Of a stretch of DNA of 64,000 nt, positions 11,392-26,533 are shown piece by piece; position 1 is the stretch's first letter; every line of letters begins with the position of its first letter. The position numbers were made by a program, and so were the translations under genes. The notes beneath the pieces were generated by a model. It did no database searches. It saw only the letters and a program-made list of their open reading frames with translations, and was not told the DNA's origin. The DNA is from Schmidtea polychroa (taxonomy: Eukaryota), in contig CM097885.1 of the NCBI GenBank assembly GCA_044892525.1, positions 43,464,001 to 43,528,000 of the forward strand, read 5' to 3'.

Positions 11392-12675
11392 GGCGACCAC
11401 GCCGAAAATCAAAATATCAACGCCATTTCAAAATCGACAAAATCGCTTATGGAATGCCTACCGAAATCATGCCAAGACATGCTCACACTGAACATCAGAC
11501 GATATGATGGACGAGGTTTAAAAGAAGCAGAAGAATGGATCAGAGATATAGAAGAATGGTTGCTGACAAATGGACAGCGATTGACAAGCACTTTCGATGT
11601 GTTATTAGTGGCAGAAGCAAAGACATTGTGGGGAAACGTCAGAGAAACAGAAACAACAGATGTAAAAGCCAAAGCGTGGTTCTTAAATACGTTCACAATT
11701 ACAAAATCAATAACTGACAAAATCAGAGAATTGGCAGCTATGGAACAGGAAGATGATGAAAGGTTTGCAGCTTTTGAGATACGGCTAAGGAAAGCTTTAG
11801 CTGAAGTTATAAATTCAGGACAATCTGAAGAAGATATTGTTCAAGATCTCATCGCAAATAAAGCACGCGATGCGAGACTGAGAGAGATACTATTGACGAA
11901 GCCAGAAACAAAAATTGAAGAAACGAGATCATTGGCGAAAATTTTTGAAAGTAACAAAAATGGAAACCATAAAACAGAATTTATTAAAGCAATCGGTCAA
12001 AGAACATACGCTAGCGTGACTGAGGGAGGGAAGATGAGAATTCAAAAGAATACCCAAGATCCCATGCATACATCATCACAAAGAAGACGACCAGAAGACC
12101 AATTTAGTCACCACAGATCAAGAAGAGAAGAACATCCTATACGCGGACCAATACAATACGAAGGAAATAACCATGGTCGTCGAGAACAATCTCCAAGAGA
12201 ACAATTCTTGAGAAATGCGAGAATCCCGAATAGCTCAGAAAGGAAGCTGCCAGCAATATCCATGAAGAATATTGCAAGGAGGCTGTACAATGAAAGTAGG
12301 GGACTACCACAAGCATCGGTCCCAAAATTAACGGTAGGTGATTGTTTTTGCTGTGGCGAAAGGGGACATCGAAGGTATGAGTGTCCACTGGGAAATAAAT
12401 GTCTGATATGTGGCAAGGAAGGACACGGGTTCCGAGATTGTTTTTCGTTACGGAAAGATGTTACACAACGATATCAAAGAATAGCGTGCATAGAAGAAGA
12501 AGATTCAAAATCTGAAACAAGAGATTACACCGAGAACGGCCAGGATTTCAGAATGGATCACAGCAATATGGAAGATAGATACAATGTCCCTGAGAAATAT
12601 ACTATATTGAGAGAAGACGGAAAAAACATCAGCGACTCCATGGGTTTCATTTCGTCGGTGGAGTCAAGACAATAA
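11368..12675 (+). CDS. gag: Gag with two CCHC zinc knuckles
   Basis: CFCCGERGHRRYEC and CLICGKEGHGFRDC, plus capsid-like YDG...AEEWIRDIE. The ORF is open through the LTR end and PBS. The first ATG downstream of the PBS is 11449 and may be the real start. Confidence 0.88.
   Translation: MDLKMDLTGDHAENQNINAISKSTKSLMECLPKSCQDMLTLNIRRYDGRGLKEAEEWIRDIEEWLLTNGQRLTSTFDVLLVAEAKTLWGNVRETETTDVKAKAWFLNTFTITKSITDKIRELAAMEQEDDERFAAFEIRLRKALAEVINSGQSEEDIVQDLIANKARDARLREILLTKPETKIEETRSLAKIFESNKNGNHKTEFIKAIGQRTYASVTEGGKMRIQKNTQDPMHTSSQRRRPEDQFSHHRSRREEHPIRGPIQYEGNNHGRREQSPREQFLRNARIPNSSERKLPAISMKNIARRLYNESRGLPQASVPKLTVGDCFCCGERGHRRYECPLGNKCLICGKEGHGFRDCFSLRKDVTQRYQRIACIEEEDSKSETRDYTENGQDFRMDHSNMEDRYNVPEKYTILREDGKNISDSMGFISSVESRQ
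11391..11401 (+). promoter_or_regulatory. Primer-binding site TGGCGACCACG (probably tRNA-Arg type)
   Basis: Starts TGG (complement of tRNA CCA) and overlaps the last LTR base. The tRNA identity is inferred from complementarity to Arg-type 3' ends CGUGGUCGCCA. Confidence 0.7.
12621..12665 (+). promoter_or_regulatory. -1 programmed ribosomal frameshift-type signal
   Basis: In-frame slippery heptamer A AAA AAC (12621-12627), 6-nt spacer, then stem GACTCCA (12634-12640)/TGGAGTC (12659-12665). Confidence 0.7.
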
Positions 12676-12690
12676 ATTGTGAAATAGGAA

Positions 12691-15600
12691 ATGAACGACG
12701 AAGAAGAGATGTACCAGACGAAAGATGGAAGAAATTGGAGTAAAATAATGTTGAATAATGCTGAAACAGAGATGTTATGGGATTCTGGAGCATCAGTAAC
12801 AGTTATGAGCAAGAATTTGTGGGAGAAAATAGGCAAACCAGAACTTAAACGTAGTATGATATTATTGTGCGGAGTTTTTTCAACTGGAGGTGAAGAAGCA
12901 ATGGGATACATGACTATACCGGCCACGTGGAATCAGAAGACCAAAATGATCACAGTAGTAGTGGTAAAAGAGATCAAACCCGAATTCATAGGAGGCATTG
13001 ATACAATGAAAGAGTTTGGAGTAAAGTTAATGAAAATCAATAATATAGAAACGTCATTGATAAACAAAATTTGCACTGATGAAGAAAGAATAAATAAAGC
13101 ACTAGTGGCGATGGCAGGTGAGAATAATAAAGATATGGAAGGAATGATCAGGGAATTCGGCGGAATTTTTATGGCATCGAAATTCGATCTGGGATTTACA
13201 AACTTAGTTCGACATGAGATGCGGATAACAGGAGGCCCAATAATGCAACATCCTCGACGTCAACCAATGCACATGGAGAAAAGGATTGAAGAACTGATAA
13301 AAGAGTTAAAGAAAGCAAATGTTATTCGGTGTTGCAAGAGTCCTTGGAATGCCCCGTTAGTGATAGTAGGGAAGAAAGATGGATCTATCAGGATGTGTGT
13401 AGATTATCGTGGATTAAATTCCATAACAGAAAAAGAGTCATTTCCGATGCCTAACACCAAATTCTTACTAGACTGTCTCGCGAATGCAAAAATATTTTCG
13501 TCAATCGATTTAGGTCAGGCGTATTATCAAGTGGAGTTAGCTCCAGAAATTCAAGAGATGACTGCATTCAGTACAAGAGAAGGACAATTTTGCTTCAATA
13601 GACTACCATTTGGCTTAGCAACAGCTCCTGCGACATTCCAGAGACTGATGCACACAGTGCTAGAAGGAATGCTATTCAAGGGAGTAGTAGTTTATCTAGA
13701 TGATATCTTGGTATATGGTAAAAGTCAAAAAGACCACGATGAGCTATTAAGGGAAATATTCAGAAGAATTCAAGTGGCAGGACTGAAGATAAATCCAGAA
13801 AAATGCAAATTCAATAAAACAGAATTGTGTTTCCTTGGTCACACAATTAACGAGAAGGGTATCCAGACAAACAGGAAGAAAGTGGAAGAGATCGAGAAAG
13901 CAGAAGTACCAAAATGTTCAAAACAATTGAGATCGTTTCTCGGATTAACGAACTACTATAGAAGATTCATCAAAGACTATGCCAAAATCGCCGAACCATT
14001 ATACGCTGCAACATCTGGATGCGATAAAGATATAAGTTGGACTAAAGAATGCAATGAGAGCTTCCAAACTCTGAAGAGACGGTTGTGCGAAGCACCTATC
14101 CTTGATTTTCCAAGAGAAGATAGGACTTTTATCTTAGACACAGACGCTAGTTTTGGAGCCATTGGTGCAGTTTTGAGTCAAATTACAGAAGATGGAGAAG
14201 AATCTGTCATAGCTTATGGCTCGAGACATATGTCATCACATGAAAAGGGATACTGTGTAACCAGGAAAGAACTGCTCGCCGTACATGAATACGTCATGCA
14301 TTTTAGAGAATATCTGTACGGAAAAAAATTCATAATTCGCACCGACCACAAGGCATTGGTTTTCATGAACACTACAAAAACGCCAATCAGTCCGCAGTTC
14401 CAAACATGGTTAGCTAACCTGTCGGAATATGATTTTGAACTAAAATATCGGAAAGGCGAAGAACACTTGAATGCAGATGGACTATCAAGATTAAAAAGTA
14501 TGGTTTGCACTCAGTGTCAAACAAGACATGAAGAAGCTAAGCAAGGAAAATCAAAGATTAGATATATATATACTATCCAAAGAACAGAAGCTATGGAAAA
14601 AGTATGGGAACAACAACAAAAGGACATTCGGTTTCAAGAGCTGCGAGAGATATTGGAAAATGGATGTACACGGGAGAAAAAGAATTGTTTTCCTTTTAAC
14701 GTAAAAAATACACGAATTGATGGAGGATTAATAACAGTAGAAAAGAACCAAAATATCTTAATGTTAGTCCCAGAAACATTTGCAGGCCTGTTAACAACAA
14801 CACTACATGAAGAACTATGTCACATTGGAGTTAAGAAATTATTTCATTATATGGAAAAGATATTTTATTGGCCGAAAATGCAAGAAACAATCCAACTCTG
14901 TTTACGATGTTGCGAGATCTGCGCTAAGAGAAAGATCGATCAGACAAGAACCAAGGAAACATTTATTCCTAGATATAGCTCTGAATTCCTAGAACAGATT
15001 GTTATAGATGTGGCTTACATGGAAATAAACGCCATGAAAAAATATATGGTAGTAATGGTGGACCGTTTTAGCAAACTGATTTCTTTAACTGCAATAACAA
15101 AGCAAGACGAAGGGACCATTTTCAAAACAATACTTAATAGTTGGATCTATCGATTTGGAAAACCGAAGAGCATTTTAACAGATAGAGGCCGAAATTTCGA
15201 AGGGAATTTCCTAAGACAGAAGCTACAGAAACTTGGAATCAAACAGGAATTCAGCTCGCCTTATCAGCACCAATCAAATGGTTTAGCCGAAAGAGCCATA
15301 CGAACGATAAGAGATCTTATTACAGCAACATTGGCAGGCGGATGTGAAGAGAGAAACTGGCACGAACTTCTACCCAGAATAGAGTTCACTATAAATAGCA
15401 GTCGACAAAGTGCTACAGGTTTATCACCATTTGAGATAATCTATGGACGGAGTGTTAACCTACACTCTAACCTGAAACAAGCCGAGATATCAAGAAGCGA
15501 AAGAATCGAAGACGCGAGATTTAATTCGAGTAAAGCCGCAGACACTATGAGAGCTATGGATAAGACAAAGAGGGGCACTCGTGTTTTTGAGGTGGGGGAG

Positions 15601-15768
15601 GAGGTACTCGTACGTAAAGAGCCGCAGAACAGGCACAAGGATGGTATGCAATACGATGGCCCATATAAAATCGCCAGATTTCTATCACCTCATCGAGTCG
15701 AACTACATTCACAAGAAGGAACGAAAGAAAGAAGAATCGAGTGGCTGAAGAAGTGGAAAAATTCTTAA
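12691..15768 (+). CDS. pol: Pol polyprotein (protease, RT, RNase H, integrase)
   Basis: Protease LWDSGAS; RT SPWNAP...RMCVDYR...YLDDIL; RNase H DTDAS...TDHKAL; integrase H-H-C-C, TDRGRNF, SNGLAER and GPY. Confidence 0.95.
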   Translation: MNDEEEMYQTKDGRNWSKIMLNNAETEMLWDSGASVTVMSKNLWEKIGKPELKRSMILLCGVFSTGGEEAMGYMTIPATWNQKTKMITVVVVKEIKPEFIGGIDTMKEFGVKLMKINNIETSLINKICTDEERINKALVAMAGENNKDMEGMIREFGGIFMASKFDLGFTNLVRHEMRITGGPIMQHPRRQPMHMEKRIEELIKELKKANVIRCCKSPWNAPLVIVGKKDGSIRMCVDYRGLNSITEKESFPMPNTKFLLDCLANAKIFSSIDLGQAYYQVELAPEIQEMTAFSTREGQFCFNRLPFGLATAPATFQRLMHTVLEGMLFKGVVVYLDDILVYGKSQKDHDELLREIFRRIQVAGLKINPEKCKFNKTELCFLGHTINEKGIQTNRKKVEEIEKAEVPKCSKQLRSFLGLTNYYRRFIKDYAKIAEPLYAATSGCDKDISWTKECNESFQTLKRRLCEAPILDFPREDRTFILDTDASFGAIGAVLSQITEDGEESVIAYGSRHMSSHEKGYCVTRKELLAVHEYVMHFREYLYGKKFIIRTDHKALVFMNTTKTPISPQFQTWLANLSEYDFELKYRKGEEHLNADGLSRLKSMVCTQCQTRHEEAKQGKSKIRYIYTIQRTEAMEKVWEQQQKDIRFQELREILENGCTREKKNCFPFNVKNTRIDGGLITVEKNQNILMLVPETFAGLLTTTLHEELCHIGVKKLFHYMEKIFYWPKMQETIQLCLRCCEICAKRKIDQTRTKETFIPRYSSEFLEQIVIDVAYMEINAMKKYMVVMVDRFSKLISLTAITKQDEGTIFKTILNSWIYRFGKPKSILTDRGRNFEGNFLRQKLQKLGIKQEFSSPYQHQSNGLAERAIRTIRDLITATLAGGCEERNWHELLPRIEFTINSSRQSATGLSPFEIIYGRSVNLHSNLKQAEISRSERIEDARFNSSKAADTMRAMDKTKRGTRVFEVGEEVLVRKEPQNRHKDGMQYDGPYKIARFLSPHRVELHSQEGTKERRIEWLKKWKNS

Positions 15769-15777
15769 GAAGGGGAG

Positions 15778-15930
15778 AGTTAGATATCTGTTTGTTTAAA
15801 TAATTTGGATTTGGCAGATTTTGTGAATTAATTAAAACTTGTTATTTAGAAATTCTTGGATTAAATATATATTATTAGTTTGAAGATTTTTGTTGCAAAT
15901 TTAAAGATGGATCTAAAGATGGATTTAACT
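15778..15930 (+). repeat. 3' LTR
   Basis: Follows the PPT, is identical to the 5' LTR, and is followed by TSD ATTAG. Confidence 0.95.
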
Positions 15931-16277
15931 ATTAGAATTTTTGCTTTAAGTACTTATGCAACAACGAATCTTTTAGATTAAGGAAGTGGTACCCAGGCGA
16001 AACAATTAACTATTATATATATAGACATTATATATCGACATTATTATATAGACATTGCGATTCCAAAAAAAAGCAATTCCAAAAAAGACAAGGAATAATA
16101 TTTCTGTATCCCACAGTTTTTTTTGATAATCCACAAAAGTTAACATCGGTCCCGATATCTAGTTCCAAATAAATTTCATTTGACGTTAAGAAATTAATTT
16201 TTTTTAATATTTAAAATTAGTTTTTATTACTTTTATTTCTACTTTTTAATATTTTATTATGTAAATTTCGATTTTAG

Positions 16278-16501
16278 TAAACGTTTCGAAAGAAGAAGTA
16301 GAAATAGTTGAAAGGGTAAATGACGCAGAAGATATTTTCAAAGAGTTTCAAATAATCGGTAAACCACACGATGAACAATTGAAAGTTATAAAAGGTTTGA
16401 TAAAAATGTGCCATCCAGATAAAAACAAATCAATTAATGCCACAAAAGCTTTTCGTCGTTTGAATGAGATGAAAGAAAAATTAATAAAGTTAAAAGGATA
16501 A
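16278..16501 (+). CDS. Terminal exon encoding a DnaJ/J-domain (HPD motif); upstream exons not identified
   Basis: After acceptor ttttag (ends 16277) it reads NVSKEEVEIVERVNDAEDIFKEFQIIGKPHDEQLKVIKGLIKMCHPDKNKSINATKAFRRLNEMKEKLIKLKG*. AATAAA at ~16514. Absent from the ORF track. Confidence 0.65.
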
Positions 16502-18417
16502 TTTAAATTTTAAAATAAAAAACACGTAAACATTTTTAATGGATTTTAGAGTTTTAGAAATTTATTACATTGGATTTTATTTTTTGGAAGAATGAAACAT
16601 TTTATTAATATAATTTTATTTTTACTTTTCATTTTATTCTACATATCGAATATAATCATACTTTATAAAATATTTGATTATTAATTAACTATAAAATGAA
16701 CTAGTTATTATTAGATACATAGAAGCCCTGCCCATGTTCAGTTCGATTTTCCCATTTGAATTTTTTAGTGATGCTGTACTAAACCATTATTTAGAAGGCC
16801 TAGAAAATGTTTGCGACTAGGGTTCTATTTTCTGTAGATGTTTCTATAATTTCTCTCTAATTATAGTATCTCACTAGTATTCTCTCGATATATTTTTTCT
16901 TTCTAGGTCTAATGAGCAAAAATGTTTTTTCCTGTTAATTACCGCCTGCTGCATTCGGAGTTATCAAAAAAATTCTTTGAATAATTATTTTTTTTGTAAT
17001 TACTTTCTCTGCGAATCTCATAAGTTTTTAACAATTATATTCGTCTTTAATTTTTATTTGGTATCGACTCATACCCTTTCTTCAATTAAATATTTATTTT
17101 TGATTTTAATTAATTTTTAATTAACATTAGTGTTGTGGTTCCCAGAATCTCAACTTGGTATCTTATATAAATAAACAAGTCAACACTGGTTAGTAAGTTT
17201 TATTCTGATATTACAATTACAAAGTGATTACATGATAAAAATACTACAATCTCCTTTAGTTTTATTTATAACGTGTATATATATACTGGGTTATTTTTTA
17301 ACAAGTCGGATAGTTTCTGATTCCTCGTGTCCTATCCAATCAAATAACTAAAACCCTAACACAGAAGAACTTTATTCAATCTTTATCACAATTACAAGTA
17401 GTCACTTGATTTGCACCTTTCTTTGGACAACAATCGTTATCATAAGGTAGGTTGCCAAAGGGGTAATGACCATTCTGTTACGATAGGTTATAATTTTCCT
17501 TAGATTTTCTTGAATTATTTGCTCTTTAATTCTCTTTGATTTTGTAAGTCCACGCTAATTTTGTTTCTTCGACCAACTGGCAACTCGATTCTTTTCACCA
17601 TTTCCTTTTATACTTTTCTAAAAGGCACTACCAATATTTCATTGATTCCTCCGGAGATTACTGACATTTCCTAATAATTATCGGCATTTGCCTAACCGTT
17701 ATTTTAATTTTTGTCTTCTAACGTATTGGTTACCAGTTATTTTAATCTTCTGGGAGGAATTATTTGTGTTGGGTTATTGGGAAGTTGGTGAAATTTAAAT
17801 TTAATTATTACTTAAATGAATTATTTCTCTGACTCAAAGGGTGCCTTTCGTTAACACTGGAAACTTTATTGAATATCACAATTATTTTTACAATGATACA
17901 ATTGGCTCAACAAGCTAAATACCAAAAAGCACACGCGTACAACCTTGATTTGATAAATCTCTCATAACTGAGGAGTATAACAATTGGTAATTCAACTGGT
18001 TGTTTTCTAGTTTGACTTAGATTTACTCTCCGAACTTTACCTTGTTATTAACTGAATAAGCTCCTGCTGCTTTTCCCGTTAGTCATGACGATTTTCCCCC
18101 AAGTAATTCTATTTATTTATTTATAAATGTTTTATTTAGGTATCCTCAACATTTGTTATCCTACTAATTTCCTTCCTACACGGATCCTCAGTCGAATTCG
18201 CTTCACTTTCTAATTATTCAGATCTTTGTGCGCTCCGGGTTTTCCTCATCGTTCGAATTTCCCGTTGTCTCGCGCTTCTCATTAGCTCGGGCTTTCCATT
18301 AGCGATTAAATAATTTTTAATTAGTTTGTTATTTTATTATAAATTTTTCTAGAGACCCCTCACTAAATTTTTATTATTGTTTCTGGATTTGTCTCATGAT
18401 TCCACGTTCAACCATAT

Positions 18418-19040
18418 TCATTTCCACCGATTGATATTAATTGTTCCAAATGTTGAGAGTGTTTTTCTATTTTTGTGATCTTTAGTTTGTTTCCAGATAT
18501 TAATACGTTGGAAGGATTCACGAAAAAATACTGCAACGTCAATTAGTAAGCTAAAGAATGAGGCAATTTCAATTACACATTTAGAAGTATCTCCTAAAAC
18601 TAAGTTTAATACATGTGCATAGCACCAGACATGAATTTGTGCCGGGGACTCTTTAGAAAGCCATGAAGAAAATCGACATTGACATTGCATATTTGCAACC
18701 CCATCGGTTGAATTACCATTGTACTTTGTTATGTCTATATTATAAGACTTTAAAACTGAATCCACTAAAGAAAACATAACCTTTCCGGTTGAAGATTTAC
18801 ACTCAACAACAGCAAGAAGTCTTTCATATACACGATCGTCTGTCACATATCGTACAATAATTGAGCATTGATCTTTGAATTAAATGTCATGTGCTTTATT
18901 CACTAGTAAAGAAAATTTACCAGCTGCTTGTACTTCAATACTAATATTCCGTGTTATAAGTTCTTCGATTGCTTGAATAATTTTATTAACGAGGGATTTA
19001 GAAATTAACGTTAACAAAGATCCTCTGTCTTTACCCTTGT
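18418..19040 (-). pseudogene. hAT (ZMYM1-like) transposase fragment
   Basis: VYERLLAVVEC, STDGVANM and IHVWCYAHVLNLVL motifs. Truncated at both ends. Confidence 0.8.
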
Positions 19041-19730
19041 AAAATGTATTTATATAAACTATTCATATTTATAGCATTTATATTTTATTATTTGAACGTT
19101 GTGGTATGTTGAAATTGAAAATAATTATTGGAGAAGAGTTGAAGAAAAGAATTAGTTGAATAAATAAACGAAAAGAAGTTATTGATTTTTTGAATAAAGT
19201 TGTGAAGAAAGTCAAAGAAAACAACCAGCTCAAAATCCCAGTTTAGAAACCAATCAATAATTTGTGATCTTTAAATCCGGTGTTATACAAAAGTGCTATT
19301 CTTCACCGAGTGTTGTAATAAGCATTGTATAGTCACCAAGTAGAGTGTTGAATTTATTGTCAATGTCAGGTGAAAGTTTATTTGTGATTATCAATAAAGA
19401 TTTCTGTTGTAAAGTGTTATTTGTGAATCGTATAAAGACACGCTTGGAGTCAGAGTAACATTTAAAATAATCACCAACTCAATAACCCAACACTATTTTC
19501 TACCAAAAATTTCACGACAAAATCCAAGCACTGGTATCGACATAATGCAACTCATTTTCTTTCAAAATAGCGGAAATAATTTGTCAAAGAAATTATAGAA
19601 AGAAAATTAAAAGCAATAATTCAATAAAAGTTTTATTGTTTTAATCGAACTATTATTAACTAATTTGATGAGATAAAATATATATAAAATTGGTATAATA
19701 AAATATATAAAATATATATATATATATATA

Positions 19731-23109
<3,379 letters not shown>

Positions 23110-24359
23110 GAAAAGAAGTTATTGATTATATATGGGGAACGGGATAGAACGCGTTCCGGTACTTTTTTTGATACACATTTGAATTTCAAATGAAAATTAT
23201 ATTTTAAATTGGCGAATTTGCAAAAAGATTTCAAAAAATATGTTAATTAATAGAGAATTTATCTTGTTTTTTGTGTCTTGTTTCTTTTTCCATTTTCTGT
23301 GTTGGCTATTCCACATACTATACTACTAAACTATAAACTTCAACAATAGTACGAATGCGCAGGTCTGCGGAAGTTCGAATCCCGTCAATGACTATTTCAT
23401 TGCGAATTGCGCGAGTAACGTTGCTGTTTGGATTGTGTTATTGTGTATAACGCCAACGTTGTTTTGGTAGTTTAGGGTTTCTATTACCATTGTAAATTAT
23501 AAGGTAATTTAATCATTTTTTAATGGATTAAATAGAAGGCATATTAATTTTAATTATTGTAGTAATATTTTGAAAAATCCACAGTGATAATTAATTTTTT
23601 ATATTAAAATGAACGAAAAACGAAAAACGTAAACAACCCACTTTGGACCGTTTCTTTGGAAAAAAACTTTAAACGCAACAAGAAGAAAATGTGCAAGGGC
23701 TGGAAACTAAGATAAAACAAATGGATATTCCATCAACATCAACAGAAAATATTCAAAAGGAAACAGAATCCTCATTAATAAATTAACCGAGTATTTGGAC
23801 TGCAGATATGTGGTTCGAAAAGAAAAATAATTATACTTAGATAAAGTGCGATTCCCCGAATATAAGGATGCCTGAGTTGTTCGGCTATTCAAAATTTAGG
23901 ACCTATAAAGACGCAGGGAGCACGTATCTCAAAAGAATAGAGAGGCACTCGGTATCAGCTAATGGAAAGAATAAAGCCGCACAACTAACTTCAAATGAAA
24001 TCCAAAATTTGTCAACAATTAGTAAAAGTTCAACGAAACTTATCTATTATCTTAGAAGAATCTACCACTTTAAGTAGAAAGTCTGGTCTTATTATTTATT
24101 TAAAATGCGAAGCCGATAAAATGAAAGATCCTCATTTCTTGTTTCTTGATTTAGTTGAATTGCAGGATCAAACAGCTAACACCATAACAGAGGTTCTCTT
24201 AAAATGTTTGGAAAAAGGTGGTTTCGATGATATTATTTAAAACACCATTTAATTTCATTTACAAGCAATGGAACCAGTGTTATGTTAGAAAGAAAATCTG
24301 GAGTAGGAACAAGACTAACACAGAAATATCCGAATCTAATTACCTGGCATTGTCTAAAC

Positions 24360-25684
24360 CAGGGGTCGGCAACCTTTTTTGGCCTCAGGTCAAAATTAAC
24401 CAAAATGCGAGTATTAAAGAGACTTTGGGTCAGAGATATTTTCGTATTAAAACAGCATTTTAGTAAATAATAAGATAAATTTTATTAAAAAAATAATTAC
24501 AAACATAGTTGAATAAACTTTATTTATAAACTTTCTCTACGATATCAATGGCTCCCTTGATGTTGAACTTGTGACATCAATTTAGTCAAGTCTGGTTTAT
24601 AGTTAGTCGTTTTAAGTCAAACACAAACATCTTAATTTTCAATAGTTAGCTTGCCCTGTTTTTGCCTAAAATAAATTTCATTTGTAAAAATATTTGCTCA
24701 CATTTATGAGTGGACCCGAATGTGGACAAAATGACAAAGCCAATTTTTTTAATGATGAAAACCTCGTAGGAAGTGATGCCAAACATGTTGATATCATGAG
24801 AAAATGATTATCTTCTGTATTTTTCAAATCGTTCCGCAATTTCTTGAATTTATCCGTCCATAATGTTTAGCTTTTAAAATCAATCATTTCCAAACTAAAA
24901 TTGTCAATTCTTAGATATTCAAAATACTGCAAATTTATAATATTTTCTTCAATCTCATCGGGCTTTATTATAAATGTAAACATTTCTCCATGTTTCTTAA
25001 GATTTTGAAACCGACTTTCATATTCACTTTTAACTTTCGAACATATCTAGATTGCGTTCATCGATATTTTCTTTTTCATGCTCCTTTTTTAACAAGGGAA
25101 AGAAATGAAATTTTTTAGTTTTTATGTCAGTTTCAAATAATATCAATTTTGAAGTAAAACTCTTCCATTCTTCATACATTTTCAAAATTGTTGAAAGCAT
25201 TATAATGGTTCATTATGTCTGTTAAGGACAAAAGTCTTAAAAACCATTGTTTATCATTGAGTTCGAGATCATTTTCACCGATTTCGTGAAGAAGTATTTG
25301 TATATCATCAAAACACTCTACAAATCTATTAAGAACTTTGCCCCGACTCAACCATCGTATTTCAGAATGTAATAACAAATCTCCATATTTCGATTCAATT
25401 TCCTCCAAAAAAGCTTTAAAGCTCCTGTGTATTAATGCTGATCGCGCTGTTATTATGTTTACGATCTTAACAACTTTTTCCATTAAATCCTTAAGTTATT
25501 TTGTAGATGCCTTTGTAAATAAATTTTTTTCATGTATGATACAATGAAACGATAAAAGTGAACGGCCAAGTTCATTTTCCAGTAGTTTTACAAATCCAAC
25601 AGTTTTTCCTCTCATCCTTGGAGCGCCGTCAGTTACTATGGAAAACAATTTACTCTTTAAATCCAATACTTGTCCATCTTTAGA
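24360..25684 (-). mobile_element. Truncated Buster/Charlie-type hAT (GTF2IRD2-like transposase fragment)
   Basis: One TIR caggggtcggcaacc at 24360. Motifs TDGAP.M, HCIIHE, YGDLLLHSEIRWLSRGKVL and FGST. Flanked by gtctaaac (24352-24359) and ctctaaac (25685-25692). Confidence 0.8.
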
Positions 25685-26533
25685 CTCTAAACCATAGGCT
25701 CGAATTGTCGGTAGGAGATGCTATTTCAGAGGTTAATGGGGTTAATCATTTTCAAATATTTTTGGACAAGTTATAATCCTTATAAAGTCAATCTTCGAAA
25801 AATCAAAGAGAAATTGAAACATTTGGAACCGGTCTCGGTGTAGAAATTAAACGTATTGGACGTATATTTAACGTCAGATGGGTGGGCAGCTCCTTTAGGG
25901 CTGTATCAGCAGTTTGGCAGAATTGGTCATCTTTATGTCATCATTTTAAAAATGTGAGTATTGAAAACAACCGCACAAAAAACGGAAAAATCCATGTTTA
26001 ATGGATTATATAAAAGAATATCATCGAAACCATTTATTCAAGATTTGACCTTAATGTATGATGTTCTATTCGATCTGTCTATTCTATCAGAAGCATCGCA
26101 AAAAAGAAAAACTTCAATAGTATATGCAGACAAATTAATTCGCCGCACATTCACTTATTTTGAATATTTTAAAGATGCTCAGAAAAGAAAGAAGTCGTTG
26201 GAATCAGTTTCTGGTTGTGAAATAATGCAATTATCTTCAATTTCGTTGACGGATAATAAAATGGCAAAATTAATTCACAGAAATCAATTCTTAGTATTAT
26301 TAATAGTATGAGGAATAGACTAAACTGTACATCTGCAAATTGTTCAGGATCAGACGGAATTTTGAATTCCGACAGTTCCGACTAGGGATGGCAATCCGGA
26401 TAATATTCGGTTTGAACTATCCGGATATTTTCTGAATTACGGATAATTCGAAATCCGGATATTTTGAATCAATTATCCGGATATTTGATTTTCGAAAAAG
26501 TAAATTTTTATCGTTTCAAAAATTTGAATTTTA

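Larger units (their letters stand above)
11239..15930 (+). mobile_element. Full-length Ty3/gypsy LTR retrotransposon
   Basis: Two identical 153-bp LTRs, 5-bp TSD ATTAG (11234-11238 and 15931-15935), PBS tggcgaccacg at 11391, PPT aagaaggggag at 15767-15777, gag, and pol in PR-RT-RH-IN order. Confidence 0.97.

Noticed and set aside
11409..15638. Short antisense or alternative-frame ORFs inside gag/pol, and similarly inside ZNFX1 and the hAT transposase
   Set aside because: Shadow ORFs of long coding regions with no recognisable motifs.
19100..19460. Possible solo LTR (tg...ca) sharing a 24-mer with ~23104-23127
   Set aside because: No TSD, PBS or PPT found; boundaries unsupported.
23345..23397. 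tRNA/SINE-like fragment (gttcgaatccc B-box-like)
   Set aside because: No cloverleaf or A-box can be formed; too short to support.
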